A stretch of 64,000 nt of DNA from Mobula hypostoma (GCF_963921235.1 NC_086119.1:12400001-12464000), one strand, 5' to 3'; positions 1 to 13,916 are shown, numbered from the stretch's first letter. Notes: generated by a model not told the origin, from the sequence alone. Made by a program: numbers and translations.

Positions 1-2960
1 ACAAGGCGTGCTGCCACAAAAAAAACAGCGACCATCATGAAGAATCCCCCATCATCCAGGAGGTACAGAAGTCTGAAGTCCAACACCACCAGGTTCAGGA
101 ACAGTTATTACTCCTCAACCATCAGGCTCCTGAACCAGTGTGGATAACTTCACTCACCTCAACACTGAACAGAGCCTATAGACTCACTTTCAAGGACTAT
201 ACAACTCATGTTCTCGGTATTATTTTCTGTATTTATTTGTTTTGTTTATTTATTATTTGTTTTATTTTTGTGTTTGGATAGTTTGTCTTCTTTTGCATAC
301 TGGTTGTCAGTCTTTGTGTGCAGCTTTCACTGATTCTACGGTTTTGTTCTACTGTGAATGCCGCAAAAAAAACGCAAGGTAGTATATAGGACATATATGT
401 ACTTGAATAATAAAATTACTTCGAACCTTGAAATACTACCCAGTTCACGAAAATATCGAGTATTCACAACACCTCACACATAATTCACTTTCAAATCTGC
501 AGGAGAAGCTAATTAAGCTAATGGAGCTGATTAAGAGATCCCAGGGACTATTCTGTTTTTTTTCTATAAAGGACTGTATTAACCACACTTCTTGTCGGAT
601 GCGATCACTACAATCAAAAGCCTGCAACTTCCCTTTTGGAGTTCAGCTCTTAAGCTGTCTGTACAACATGGCATTTTTGCAATGGGAACTGAAGTCACGA
701 TGATGCAGGACAGCCGTGGCCTGGGGTGTACAGGCCGAATCGAGGCAGCAGGGCCCAGGCCAACAGCAGAGGATGAGCCAATGTTCGGCCACCGCTGGAA
801 TGGACATGACTTGGAAGTGATTCAATGAGGCAGAACTGAGGTGAGGTGAGGAAAGTGGAGGCAAAGCAAAGCCAAGGAGGCAGGACCCGGGCAAAGACCT
901 GAGGTTTGATCGATTCAAGTGCCAGTCCGAATTGGCAAGTTCAGGAATGAGTCAAATCGAGACAGTGGGGCCTGGGTCCAAGAGCGTATTGGAGCAGCAG
1001 GGCCAGCTCTGAGGGTGAGGAATGACCCAAGGTTTGGACGATGTAAGTGCTGGGCTAGATTGAAAAGAATGAAAAGGTCAGGGTGTAGGGGCTGGAAGCG
1101 AGGTACGGGCCAGCTTAGCTCCCTGTTCATCTCTGCGCTGAACTGTGGTTGTGGCCTGCAGCTAATAGGCTCCTGAATCATCTGCAGTGATGACTGGCTT
1201 CATAGTTGTGGACTCACTTTCATAAACATCAGTTCTGAATGTTATTTGCTTAAGTTTATTGTTTGCATGATTTTTTGTCTGTGTACTTGGTATTTGACTG
1301 TCTTCTTTTTTTTTAAGAGTTCTATTGGGTTTCTTTGTTTTGTGGCTGCCTGCAAGAAGATGAATCTCAAGGTTGCATTTAGTATATATTATTTGATAAT
1401 AAATATATTTTGAATTTTGAACAAGTGATTCTGCAGATGTTGGAAATCTACAGCATGCACAAAATGCACAAAAACTCAGCAGGTCAGGCAGCATCTATGG
1501 AGGGGAATAAACAGTCGATGTTTTTGGCTGAGACTTTTATGAATTATTTACTTATTTAGATATGCAGCATAGTTTCCTGCCAACAAGCTCACGCCGCCCA
1601 ATTACACGCATGTAACCAATAAAAGTAGCAACCCATACATCTTTGGACTATGAGAGGAAACCAGGGCACCTGGAGGTAACCCATGCAGTAATAAGGAGAA
1701 CACACAAACTCCCTACAGACATTGGCAGGAAATTGAGCATGGAAAGAAAGGGAGACAGAAGCCAGAATGATCCCTCTCCATAGATGCTGCATGATTTCCA
1801 AAGTCCCTTCAGTATCTTGTGTGCGTTATTCCTTTTTTTCCCCTCTTGTTTAAAATTTCAATCAGGTTTTGTATGAGACTGTGTAAGATTTTGTAACTAA
1901 ACTCCATGCCTCTCAGTGGCAGAGGATGTTGACTCATTTTGCCGACTGCAAACAAGATTGACTCAGAACTGTTTCAGATTTTAAGCTGCATATATCACCT
2001 TGATCCAAATGAAAAAACCATCTGTTATGGTTCCAGCAAAGTTTCACAATTCAATACAGATCAGTGAGACTTGATCTGTTATGATACTACAGCAACAGGA
2101 AATGGCTTTCTGCACCAGTAAATGGACAAACTGAATTAAATAAGGATTCTGCTTAAAATTAAAATATTCCATCACGTACCAAACCAACACTCCAAGATCA
2201 CTGCATCCTCAAGTTTAGGTCTCTTGTAAATCCCCCCATCTTTTATAAATTCGTTGTGGACTGCCCAACCTATTCTCTGCACGTTCCTGCTTTTATCTTT
2301 TTGCAAACTCAGGGTCATGCAAAACTCTACATCCACATTATAAATCCCACCTATTTCTGTTCATCAATGCCATAGGCTTGCTGGCTCCACGTTATGCCTC
2401 TATTTTAAAATCATTCCTCTTGTTTACCAACCACTTCATGGTGTTATTCTTCTTTTAGTATTGTCAGCTCCAGCACATCCAAGGTGTGAATACTGCTCTG
2501 ATCTTAGATTCTTCACTCAGATGTGCTGACCACACTATTGGTGATTATTTTCTTCAAAGAACTCTTTCTCAGAGCTTCCCTTCAGTTCACTTGGCTCCTT
2601 CAACGTGCTTCATAAAAACCACCTCGTTTATTCCTGATTTTGCTATAGTTAGGTTTAAAATCAAATTTTCATAAGATCATAGAACACTGCAGCACAGAAA
2701 AAGAACCTTCCACCCATCTTGTCCATGCCAAACCGTTATTCTGCCTAGTCCCATTGACCTGCACTTGGATCATATCCCTCCATACCCCTCCCATCCAAGT
2801 TCTTCTCCAAACTTCTTCAATGTTGCAATCAAACCTGCATCCACCACTGCCGCTGACAGCTCTTTCAACATTTGCAACACCCTCTGAGTGATTAAGTTCT
2901 TCCTCAGGCTCCCCTTGAATATTTCACCTTTCATCCTTAACCTATGACCTCTAGTTCTCA

Positions 2961-3190
2961 AAGACGCAGAAATCTGCAGATGCTAGAAGTCCAAGCAACA
3001 CACACATAAAATGCTGGATGAACTCAGCAGGCCAGGCAGCATCTATGATAAAGACTAAGCAGTTGACATTTCGGGCTGAGACCCTTCAATCAGGTCCCGA
3101 TGAAGGGTCTCAGTCTGAAACGCCGAGTATTTACTCTTTTCCATAGATACTTTCTGGCCTACTGAGTCTCTCCAACATTTCGTGTGTATT
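2961..3190. mobile_element. Palindromic short retroelement (likely Penelope-derived) with two back-to-back degenerate hammerhead motifs, inserted in a CR1 fragment
   Basis: Perfect 14-bp TSD acctctagttctca at 2947-2960 and 3191-3204. The arms are inverted repeats. The centre reads ...catttcgggctgagacccttcaatcagg-tc-ccgatgaagggtctcagtctgaaacg... Confidence 0.8.
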
Positions 3191-3818
3191 ACCTCTAGTT
3201 CTCATCTCACCCAACCTCAGTTAAAAAGCCTGCTTGCATTCAGCCTATCTATACCCTTCAAAATTTTGTATACCTCTATCAATCTGCCCCTCCCCGTTCT
3301 CCTATGCACCAGAGAATAAAGTCCTAACCTGTTTAGCCTTTCCTTTTAACTCAAGACCTCAAGTTCTAGCAACATTCTTGTAAATTTTTTTGATAGTATT
3401 CCTATATAATAGCATGAAAAGGTGTGTTGCATTAGGAAGTGTGATACAAATACAAACAATTTTAAGAATTGGTACATTGGTTTATTATTGTCATGTGTAC
3501 CAAGGAATGTTTTGCACAACATTCGTATAGATCAACCCATTACAACAGTGCATTGAGACAGTATCAGCTAAAACAATAACAAAATGAGAGATAAAGTATT
3601 ACAGATACAATGAAATGGTGGTACAGGAAGACAAAAAGTGCAAGGCCATGCCGAGCTAAATTGAGAAGTCAGGAGTCCATTTCATCATACTAGGGAACCA
3701 TTCAATGGTCTTATAACAGTAGGATAGAAGTTGTCCTTGAGCACAGTAATATGTGCATTCAGGCATTTGTATCCTCTAGCCAATGGGAGTGGGAGAAGAG
3801 AGAATGTTCAGGGTGGAT

Positions 3819-4208
3819 CGTTCGCTCGTTCTGAGTCGTATAACATGGGCGATCATGGTCTTTCCATGACCATGACTGTTCTTGGCAAATTTTGCTACAG
3901 AAGTGATTGCCATTGCCTCCTTGTGGACAGGGTCTTTCCAAGACGAGTGACCCCAGCCAGTATCAATACTCTTCGGAGAATAACTGCCTTGTGTCAGTTG
4001 TCACATAACCAGGACTTGTGATATGCACCAGATGCTCATACACCAACTACCACCTGCTGCCATGGCTTCACGCAACTCCGATGAGGGGGTTTGGGGGGCG
4101 GGGAGGCTAGGCAGGTGTACACCTTGGCCAAGGGTGACCTGCAGACTAGCAGAGGGAAGGAGCACCTTACACCTCCTTTAGTCAAGGCGTATCTCCACCC
4201 TGCCACCA
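3819..4208 (-). mobile_element. RTE-related SINE or non-autonomous element nested in a Rex1-like fragment
   Basis: The minus strand contains gaggcaatggcaatcacttc, resembling the RTE/BovB 5'UTR motif, and ends in a (CGAA)-like tail. Partial TSD gtggat on both sides. Confidence 0.55.
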
Positions 4209-7200
4209 AAAAGTGGATGTGGTCTTTGATTATGCTGGCTGCTTTATTGAAGCAACATAAAGTGTAGACAGAGTCTGTGGAGGAGAGGCTGGTTCCCGTG
4301 ATGTGCTGAGCCACGTCCCCAACTCTGCAGATTTTTTTGTGGTCACAGAAGCGAAGCCGCCAAACCAAGTTGTGAATCTTCAAGGAAGGATGCTCTTTGA
4401 GCTGCAGTAATAAAAAGTATGTGGGGGTGTAAGGGGACATGTTAAATTTCTTTAACCTCTTGAGGAAGTAGAGGTTTAAACAGGAGCATGTGCACAGCCC
4501 CCTTCTTGAATTCAATGACCACCTCTTTTGTTTTGCTGACATTGAGGGAAATATTGTTGTCATGACACCATGTCACACCATGTTTATCTCCTTCCTGTAC
4601 TCTGACTCATCGTTATTCATGATACAACCCACTATGATGGTATCATCACAAACTTGTAGATGGAGGTAGAGCAGAATCTAAGTTCAGTGCAAGGAGGCTG
4701 AAGATGTAGCCTTGTTGAGAATTGTAGAAGGGATTACTGCCTATCCTCACGGAGAATGACAAAGTATGATTAAAAGTTTAAATGAGGTAAATGGAATGGA
4801 AGGAGATTCATGAATATAAACACCAATGCTTTTGCAATTGGAAAGCTGTAATTGGTAGCACTGGGACCTTAGCCATTTGCTATATTGTTACGTATGTCAA
4901 CAGTCTAGATGTCAACACAGGAGGTGTAATTGCTAAGCATGCAGGTGACAAGATCTCACAGAGGTTCATAAGATTATGAAAGGTATAGAGAGAGTAGACA
5001 GGCAGCATCTTTTTCCCTGGGGTTAAAATATCTAATATCAGATGGCACACACTTAAGATAAGAGCAGGTAATTTTAAAAGAGATGCAAGTGGCAAGTGTT
5101 TTACCGAGTGGTGGGTGCCTGGAACGCGCTGCCTGTGATGGTGATACATTAGGAACTTATAAGAGAAGTTTAGATAGGCACATGAATGTGAGGAAAATAG
5201 AAGGATATGGACATCGTGTAGGCAGAAGAGATTAGTTTAGATGGCCACTTGATTACTAATTTTATTGCTTTGGTGTACCTTGTGGGCCAAAGGGCCTGTT
5301 CCTGTGCTGTACTGTTCTATGACATGAAGGTTTATAGTGAAGGTTGGTTGTGTAAGCAGTAAGGAAGACAAATACAATGTTTGCATTCATTTTGAGAGGC
5401 CTAGGATGTAATGCTGAGGCTTTATAAGGCAGAGTCAGACCACACTGCAGAGTATTGTGAACAGTTTTGGTTCCCTTATCTAAGAAAAAGATGTGCTGGC
5501 ATTGGAGAGGGTCCAGAAGAGGATCACTAGAATAATTCCAGGAATGAAAAGGTTAACATATGAGGGATGTTTGATGGCTCTAGGCTTGTACTTGCCGGAA
5601 TTTAGAAGAATGAGGGGGAATCTCACTGAAACCTATCAAATATTGAAAGGCCTAGATAGAGTGGAAGTGAAGAGCGTGTTTCCTATATTGGGAAATATCT
5701 AAGACCAGAGGGATTCTAAGATTCAGAATAGAGGGATGTCCATTTAGAAGAGAGATGAGGAGGAATTTCTTTAGCCAGGGTGTGGTGAATCTGTGGAATT
5801 AATTGCCTGTGGAGGCCAAGTCATTCAGTACACACCTATGTCTTATGTTTTTATTCTAGTATGTTTTACAACTGAGCACTTTTTAATGTCATTTGTGGTA
5901 TAATACAAATGCAGCACAAATCAAGGTCCTGTGGAAGATAATATAACATTAACCAGATAATTTATTTAAGTAACCTTGGTTGAAAGAACAAAAATACTGA
6001 TGAGATATTTTATTGGCTCCCCTATAGCAGCTTCACAAGTGGAGACAGACTTAATCTAGAAATAAGAACTCATAGCAGCGGTAATACAATAATCATAGGG
6101 GACTTAAATCTTCATGTACATTGATTAGATCAAATTGGCAAAAGTAGCACAAAATGTAACCAAAGAAACAGAAGCAGGTCAAATGTCCTCTCAAACCAGC
6201 ACTGTTATTTAATGAAATCAGGCTGAATTGATCTTGTACACAACATTTACTTTTTTGGATCTCAGCTTTGCTGCTTTAGCATTCGTTGCCCATTCTGAAT
6301 TGTCCTTGAGGATATTGGACCAACCTCCTTCTTCAATCAAATATTGAATGCTGCCATCACTGAACAAGAAACAGCTAACACCGACACTTTTCAAATGATA
6401 CTCAGCGACTTCCATCAGGCTTGTTTGAAGAGATCTCTGCCCAATTATCACCAACAAATAACCTGCAGCACCAGAGGTCCCAACACTGCTAGACGACGAT
6501 AAGGAATGCCAAGCGTTCTGTGCCTGGACTGTATTTCGGGAAACTTGAACATTTGGCTGTTCTTCTCCTACCTGCATAGAGGCAGAGACTAAAGAGCAAG
6601 GCTCCAGAGGTAAAGACAACAAAGAGGTGGTCATGGGAGGCAGAGGAGCAGCTACAGGATTGCTTTGCCTCAGTGGACTGGTCCGTGTTCAAGGACTCAT
6701 CAGAGGATCTGAATGAATACACCATGGTTGCCAATGACTTTATTAAAATAGAGCGTTTTGCATGTCCCCACAAAGTCATTCAGAGTTTTTCCCAACCAGA
6801 AGCCTTCGATGAACCATGAGATCCACAATCTGCTGAGGTCCAAATCAGTGGTATTCAGGTCTGGAGACCAAGTAAGATACAAGGTCCAGATACAATCTCT
6901 GGAAAGCCAACTCACACACAAAGTGGCAATAAGCTTCAAGACCTTGGCCTCCTCATGCAATGGAATTCTTGATTTCCTCACTTGCAGACCTCAGTCAGTT
7001 CGGATTGGCAACAACATATCCCCCACAGTCACCATCAGCACAGGTGCACCACAAAGCTGTGTGCTTAGCCCCCTGCTCTACTCACTTTATGATAATGACT
7101 GTGAGAATAAGCACAGTTCCAAAGCCATATTTAAGTTTGCTGACAACACCACTGTTGCTGGCTGAATCAAAGGTGGTGATGAATTAGTATATAGTAGGGA

Positions 7201-7487
7201 GAATGAAAACTTGGCTGAGTGGTGCCATAACAACCACCTCTCACTCAGTGTCAGCAAGACCAAAGAAATGATTATTGACTTCGGGAGGCGGAAACCAGAG
7301 GTCCGTGAGTCAGCCCTCGCTGGGGGATCAGAGATGCAGGGGGTCAAAACTTTAAATTCCTCTGTATTATCATTCCAAGTCCTGTCCTAGGCCCAGCACA
7401 CAAGTGCCATTATGAAGAAGGCACTGCAACGTCTCCACTTCCTTAGAAGTTTGCGAAGATTCGGCATGCCATCCAGGTCATGCTCTC

Positions 7488-7871
7488 CCTCTGTCCCTCT
7501 TTCTCTCTCTCCTTTTTCTCCCTCTGTCCCTCTCATTATACACCTTGCCCATCCTCTGGGTTCCCCCCCTCCCCCTTTTCTTTCTCCCTGGGCCTCCTGT
7601 CCCATGATCCTCTCATATCCCTTTTGCCTATCACCTGTCCAGCTCTTGGCTCCATCCCTCCCCCTCCTGTCTTCTCCTATCATTTTGGATCTCCCCTCCC
7701 CCTCCCACTTTCAAATCTCTTACTAGCTCTTCTTTCAGTTAGTCCTGACGAAGGGTCTTGGCCCGAAATGTCAACTGTACCTCTTCCTAGAGGTGCTGCC
7801 TGGCCTGCTGTGTTCACCAGCAACTTTGATGTGTGTTGCTTGAAATTCCAGCATCTGCAGATTTCCTCGTG
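7488..7871 (+). mobile_element. Penelope-type 3' end (CT-rich tract plus hammerhead motif) inserted in a Rex1/Babar LINE
   Basis: 9-bp TSD catgctctc at 7479-7487 and 7872-7880. Shares the tail of the palindromic family. Confidence 0.75.
7741..7777 (+). ncRNA. Minimal type-I hammerhead ribozyme motif (best-preserved core in the window)
   Basis: AGTC-CTGACGA(7745-51)-A-GGGTC tt GGCCC (stem II)-GAAA(7765-68)-T-GTC(7770-72)-AACTG. The core boxes are intact. Stems I and III carry CpG-type substitutions relative to the family consensus GAAACGTCGACTG, seen at 13737-13749. Confidence 0.7.
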
Positions 7872-9375
7872 CATGCTCTCTTCTTGTTGCTGCCATCAGA
7901 AAGAAGGTACAGGAGCTCCAGGTCCCACACCAGCAGGTTCAGGAACAGTTATGAGCACTCAACCATTCGTCTCTTGAAGCATTGGTGATAACTTCACTCG
8001 CCTCATCACTGAACCGGATTTACAACCTATGGACTGACTGTCAAGGACTCCTCATCTCATGTTCTCAATAGTTATTACTTATTTGTTTATTTTTCTTTTG
8101 TATTTGCATAGTTTCTTGTGTTTTGCAAAATTTTTTTTTGCCCATCCTGTTGGGTGCAACCTTTCATTGATTCTATTGTGTTTCTTGGATTTATTGTGTA
8201 TGCCCACAAAAAATGAATCTTAGCATTGTACATGATGACAGATATGTACTTTGATAATAAATGTACATTGAACTTTGAATTGCTACAGTCCTCGCAGTGC
8301 AGGTGCTTCTGCAGTGTTGGTGAGGGGGGAGTTCCATGATCGACCCAGCAAAGCAGGAAAAGCTGTGATACATTTCCATTTTAACGCTGCCATAGTGCAA
8401 TCAAGAGTGGAGTACGATGTTCTTCTAAGGGGTTGTCCATTGGTGGGTCCTCAGGTAGCTGTAGAGGCCAATCTGGGATCCATATATGCTGGTGCAGTAA
8501 GTGGTGGCTGTGGCTAGTGGTCGGGTCTTTTGGTTGTCCAATATCATGCCATCATACAGCTTGGAAACAGGACATCCTGCCACATTTGTGGCAACCAATA
8601 AGCACCCAATTGTATCAATCTCATTTTCCAGCACTTGGCATACCCTTGAATCACCTAGGCGTAGAAGGTTATGTCTAGTAGAAAATTCATAAATGCCGCC
8701 TACAATTCTGCTTCCACCACCCCCTCAACCAGGGTATTCCAGGTACACTCACTCTCAGAGTGAAAGAGTTCCCACTCAAATCCCTAGAAATGCAACACTG
8801 CAGCAGCGTGCAATACACTCTTCACAAAATTATGAGGGATATAGACTGGATAAATGAGGTTGAGTAAGACTAAAACTAAAGGTCACAGGTTAAGAGTGAA
8901 AGGTGAAATATTTATAGGGAACCTGAGGGGGATCTTCTGAGGAGGAACTGAGTGTGGAACAAGCTGCCAGCAGAAATGTGGTGGATGCAGGTTCAGTTGC
9001 AACATAAGTACATGGATGGGAGGGGTATGGAGGGTGATGGTCCAGGTGTAGGTCAATGGGGCTCGGCAGAATAACAGGTGGCATCGACTACTTGAGCTGA
9101 TTGGCCTGCTTCTGTGATGTAGCGTTCTTATGACTCCAGGTCTTTTAGCCCTTACCCTAAATCTACGTATTGTTATCTACCTCTGACAAAAGGAAAAGTT
9201 GCTTGCAATCTACCCATCCATACACCTCTACTTCAGAAAAATAACTAAATTTAAATTAACCGCTGCCAGAGTGGGATCTGAAGGTGAATGATTGAATTAT
9301 TACCACTGGTAACAATAATACTTTCTCCTTTCCCAAATCCTTGATTATCTAATTATCAATCTCAGCTATGAACAT

Positions 9376-9515
9376 AGGTCCTGATGAAAAGTCTCAGCCC
9401 GAAATGTCAACTGTACTCTTTTCCATAGATGCTGCCAGAGCTACTGCGTTCCTCCAGCATTGTGTGTGTGTGTGTGTTGCTTGGATTTCCAGCATCTACC
9501 GTTTTTCTCTTGTTT
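9376..9515 (+). mobile_element. Same hammerhead-bearing short element, single arm
   Basis: ggtc-CTGATGA-aaagtctcagccc-GAAA-tgtc-aactgt followed by the family tail. Stem II is damaged. Confidence 0.7.
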
Positions 9516-10599
9516 ATAATTACTCAGTGACTATTGATGGCTGGAGTAAGGAATTCCAAAATTTCACAACCCCCAAATATTAAGAGGTCAGCTACTTTTT
9601 CTTGGACTACAGTCCCATCGCCATGTCAAACTACTCAAAGCATGCATTAATAGGAGATCACCTCTCATTTGCCTAAACTCAACTGAGTATGTTTAATCAT
9701 TCATTTCTATTTCTTTCCCTCACTGGACAACCTCATCAGCTCAGGAACCCTTTATTCATCTCCTTGCTGATAAATACCTTGGAAAAGCGAGAGAGTTCAA
9801 GACAGCTTTCTGGAACAATGTGACATGAAATCAATAAACTTGGAACAAGACTAAACTCACTGAGGGACTCTCTGGAAGAGCTGATCACCACATGATGGAA
9901 TTACATAATTCAGCAGTTCCAGGTAAGTATAGGACAGTCATAATGTTGATGGTGCTGTGGATAGTGTAAAAGATTATCATAGGTTATAATGGATTATTGA
10001 TAGGATGCAGAGTTGGACTGAGATGTGGCAGATGGAGTGCAATCTGGAAAAATGTGAAGTGATACACTTTGGAAGGGCAATACTGAAGGCAGAGTACAGG
10101 GTTAATAATTGGTTAATGGCAGGATCCTTAGCAGTGTTGAGTATCAGAGGGATCTTGTCCACATCCAGCAATCCATTAAAGTTGCCCCACAAGTTGATAG
10201 GGTGGTTAAAAGGTATATGGTGTGTTGGCCTTCATTACAGTCAAGGGATTGAGTTCAAGAGCCATAAGGTATCATTGCAACTCTATAAATAAAGTCGGGT
10301 TGGACCACACCCAGAAAATGCTGGAGGAACACAGCAGGCCAGGCAGCATCCATGGAAAAGAGTACAGTTGATGTTTTGGGCCAAAAGCCTGCATTCATTT
10401 CTGGTCATTTCATTATGGAAGGATGGGGAAGCTTTACGTAGGTGAAAAGACTTACCAGGATGCTGCCTGGATTAGAAGATAGATTGAGCAAGGTTGGGAT
10501 TTTCACTTTGGGGTGAAGGAGGATAAAAAGTGAATTAATAAAGGTATATAAGATAATAAGAGGCACTGATAGAGTGGGCAGCCAGCACCTTTTTCCCAG

Positions 10600-10750
10600 C
10601 AGCACACACAAAATGCAGTCTTGTTGAAGGGTCTTCGCCCGAAACGTCGGCTCTCTGTAAATAGAGATGCTGCCTGGCCTGCTGAGTTCCTCCAGCATTT
10701 TGTGTGTTTTGCTTGGATTTCTAGCATCCAAGATTTTTCTTTTGTTTGCG
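10600..10750 (+). mobile_element. Hammerhead-bearing short element inserted in a CR1 fragment
   Basis: Perfect 13-bp TSD acctttttcccag at 10587-10599 and 10751-10763. Motif cagtc-ttgttga-agggtcttcgccc-GAAACGTC-ggct, with the first core box mutated. Confidence 0.8.
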
Positions 10751-13700
10751 ACCTTTTTCCCAGGATGGAAATGACTAATACAAGAGGGCATAATTTTATG
10801 GTGATTGGATAGAAGTATGAAGGGAATGTCAGAGGGTTTTTTATGATCTGTGTGGAAAACGCTACCAGTAGTTCTGGTAGAGGTACATATATTGGGAATG
10901 TTTAGGAAACTCTTGATCTAGGCATGTGGATGACAGAAAAACAGAGGACTATATGGGAGGGAAGCATTAGATTGATCTTGGAATAGGTTAAAGGGTCGTG
11001 GACCAAAAGGCCTATGTTCTATGAAACTACAGTCTTAAACATAAATAAAGCCACATGTATAGAAACAAGTAGTGCATTGGTTACGCTAGATTATATAGAC
11101 AAAGATCTCCTGGCAGACAAAAGCAGTTAAAAACTAATTTTAAATTTCTTAATAAATGTTTATTTCAGTGAGAAAATAAAAAATTCCAAAAGGAATCCAT
11201 CAGAAGCTAAGGGTTGTTGTAGGTTGAAAGAGAGGGCTTACAATATTGTTATCAGCAATTAGCCTGTAAGTGGAAAAGTTCGAGGAAGCTGCAACAAATG
11301 ATCAAACAATCGATAAAGGCAGTGAGAACAAATAAACATTACATCATGAAAGCAAAAGCTATACAAGGCTACAAGAGCAAGATGGAAGAGAGAGAGGCAT
11401 AGGGGATGCAATGAATGCTACCTGCCTCTGTGCCACATCTGCGACAGAGAGTCAGGTCAGAAAAATGTTATAAGTAACCAGGGTCCACTTGGGTTCTGAC
11501 TGGTCACAGGTCAATAGGGCCCAGGCTGGATCCAAATGTTATACCCAAGTGTGTAATGTATCAAGTTAGCCAATGATAACTGGATGAGAAATTTAGCACT
11601 GATGAAGATTCACGGGATCTGTAAAGGTATGTTTACAGGTTAAGCAAGCAATCAAAAAAGTTGTATTGAATGTAACCCAAGAAATGAGAGATTGTGCACT
11701 TAGGAAAATTTTTTCCCCCAAATAAGAAACTATAATTATTATTGTACAAATCCATTTTCGTATTCTGGCTCATGAGTTACCAAACATGTGGGTAAAGCAG
11801 GCAATTAGAAAGGCAAATAGAAAGTTGGCCTTTCTTGCAGGAGTCAAAGAATGAAATGAAGTCAGTCTTCAATTTACTGCTCTGTCAAGCTGTCAAATGC
11901 AGTACTGTAAGGAGTTAGGACTCCATAGCAAACGGATGTCCAGTGCATTTTAGATTGAGTTCTGGAGTGTGAAGATTGGCCTATGAGGGAAAAAAAGCTG
12001 AGGAATAACCTGCAGCTATTTTGAATGAAAAGAGATCACCCAGATGAGGATTCTGAGCTACTGCCAGGTCAGATAATGAGGCTATTTCCTCTACATATTG
12101 ACTCTGGAACCACAATTTCCACCCTGTTTATCATTACCTATGAAACTATGTCATTGTTTGCTGCCAGCTAATTGTTGCATCATTCCAGCAACAGTTTTAG
12201 TGCTCTTTCTTGTAAAAATTGTGTATGCGTTATATTCTTCTTGTGGATGCTGCTTATCCATCAGGCCCCTGAACCAGTCTGGATAATATTTATTATGATT
12301 TTTTTTCCACAGTTTGGCTTTTTTTTTGCACATTGTTTGTCAGTGTTGTGTGCAGTTTTTCATTGATTCTGTTGTATTTCTTTGTTCTACCGTGAATGCC
12401 CGCAAAAAAATGAATCCAAGGGTAGGAAAAGGTAACATACACGTACTTTGATAAATAAATTTACTTTGAACTTTGAATGATGTTAGATCTCCGTGATGCT
12501 ACTGCAGTTACATTTTTCAATACATCTGTACATAAATGTACAGATACTTGTGCATATGACAATAAACTCGACTTTGATTACATGGTCCATCGTTGGCGCT
12601 TCCCTTTCTGGGTCTCTATACGTCCATCTCAGGGGATAATCCAGTACTCAGGGGATAATACCAACCTCAATAAAATTTTGAAAAGAAGACTGCAAACTCT
12701 CAACCTGCTGATTCACAGGATAATGCTTTATCAATTAAATCAGCAGCAACATGAGTAAAAAGGAAGCAAATGTTCTTTTGCACAACTCTTGAAATTTAAC
12801 CTGCAAATGACACTATTGACCTTGCAAAAAAATTCAGATAACAGCCGTTTTGAAGATGGTGTTCATACATGGAGAAACAGAAATAAAATTTAAAGATTTT
12901 CAGCACAATTAAACAAAAAGAAAAATGAATGTCTAATTTTATATTACAAAAGAATCAGTAAACATAATTGCTCATTATCAGAATATTGCTAACATTGCCA
13001 GAGCGTAATTCACCGATTAATAAACCAATAGTAATGAAAACTGCCCTCTCAAAGGTGGCTGCATTTTATTAGGTTTAGATATGCTTCATGTGGAACACAA
13101 TTACATATCAGATGGACCTTCCACCCATTAATGGGCAAGTGTGATAGTCACCAGAGCCTGTGGGATGATAAGAATCCAGCAGCTTCTAAACAACGCTTAA
13201 AAGTAGTTAAACAGAAAGGTAAGACATCAGAATCATATTTCTTATCACTGACCTATACAACTTGAAATTTGTTGTTTTGCAGCAGCAGTACAGAGCAAAG
13301 GCATAAAATTATTATGAATTACAAAAACAAATAAAAATAAATAATGTGAAAGTGTTCATGCACCATTCAAAAATCTGGTGGTGGAGCCGAGTAAGTTGCT
13401 TCCACTTCGTCTCCATAGATGCTGTCTCACCTCAGGGTTCTTCCAGCATTTTGGGTGTGTTACAGCAGTTTCTGAATTACTATCTGTGGGTCTTCAAGCT
13501 CTTGTACCTTCTGCTTAATGGTAGCAATGAGAAGAGGGCATGTCCCCAGTAATGAGTGCCATGAGAGATACTGCAGCTTCCTTGAAGCACCAGCTCTTGA
13601 AAATAGCCTTGATGGTGGGGAGAGTTCTTGTTCCGATGTTAATAATGTTTATGCCACAAATCTGTTCAAACCTGATGAGGTACATTATATGAAAGGTTGC

Positions 13701-13916
13701 AGGATTTAACCCAAAAACTACGAAACCCAAAGCCTGAAACGTCGACTGTACCTCTTCCTAGAGATGCTGCCTGGCCTGCTGCGTTCACCAACTTTGATGT
13801 GTGTTGCTCTGCAGAAATCAAGCTTATTATGTCCAGGACTTTAAAAACAAACCATTTAAGCAAATGCCAGCAGATGAGCTGAAATGTCATTCTGAGAAGT
13901 CTTTGTCACCAAAGCC

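Larger units (their letters stand above)
6480..8278 (+). mobile_element. Rex1/Babar-clade LINE remnant, internally deleted
   Basis: ORF 6758..7165 (FPNQKP..., [18 protein letters not shown]...FKFADNT) gives RT motifs. The 3'UTR ends in a (ACTTTGA)-type tail. Confidence 0.8.

Noticed and set aside
428-1494. Cluster of overlapping short ORFs
   Set aside because: They overlap a GC-richer repeat ending in a Rex1-type tail and show no recognisable protein motifs or splice structure.
13672-13712. Extra hammerhead-like string ctgatgaggtacattatatgaaaggtt
   Set aside because: Stem II is weak and there is no credible stem I or stem III; probably chance or a scrambled remnant.
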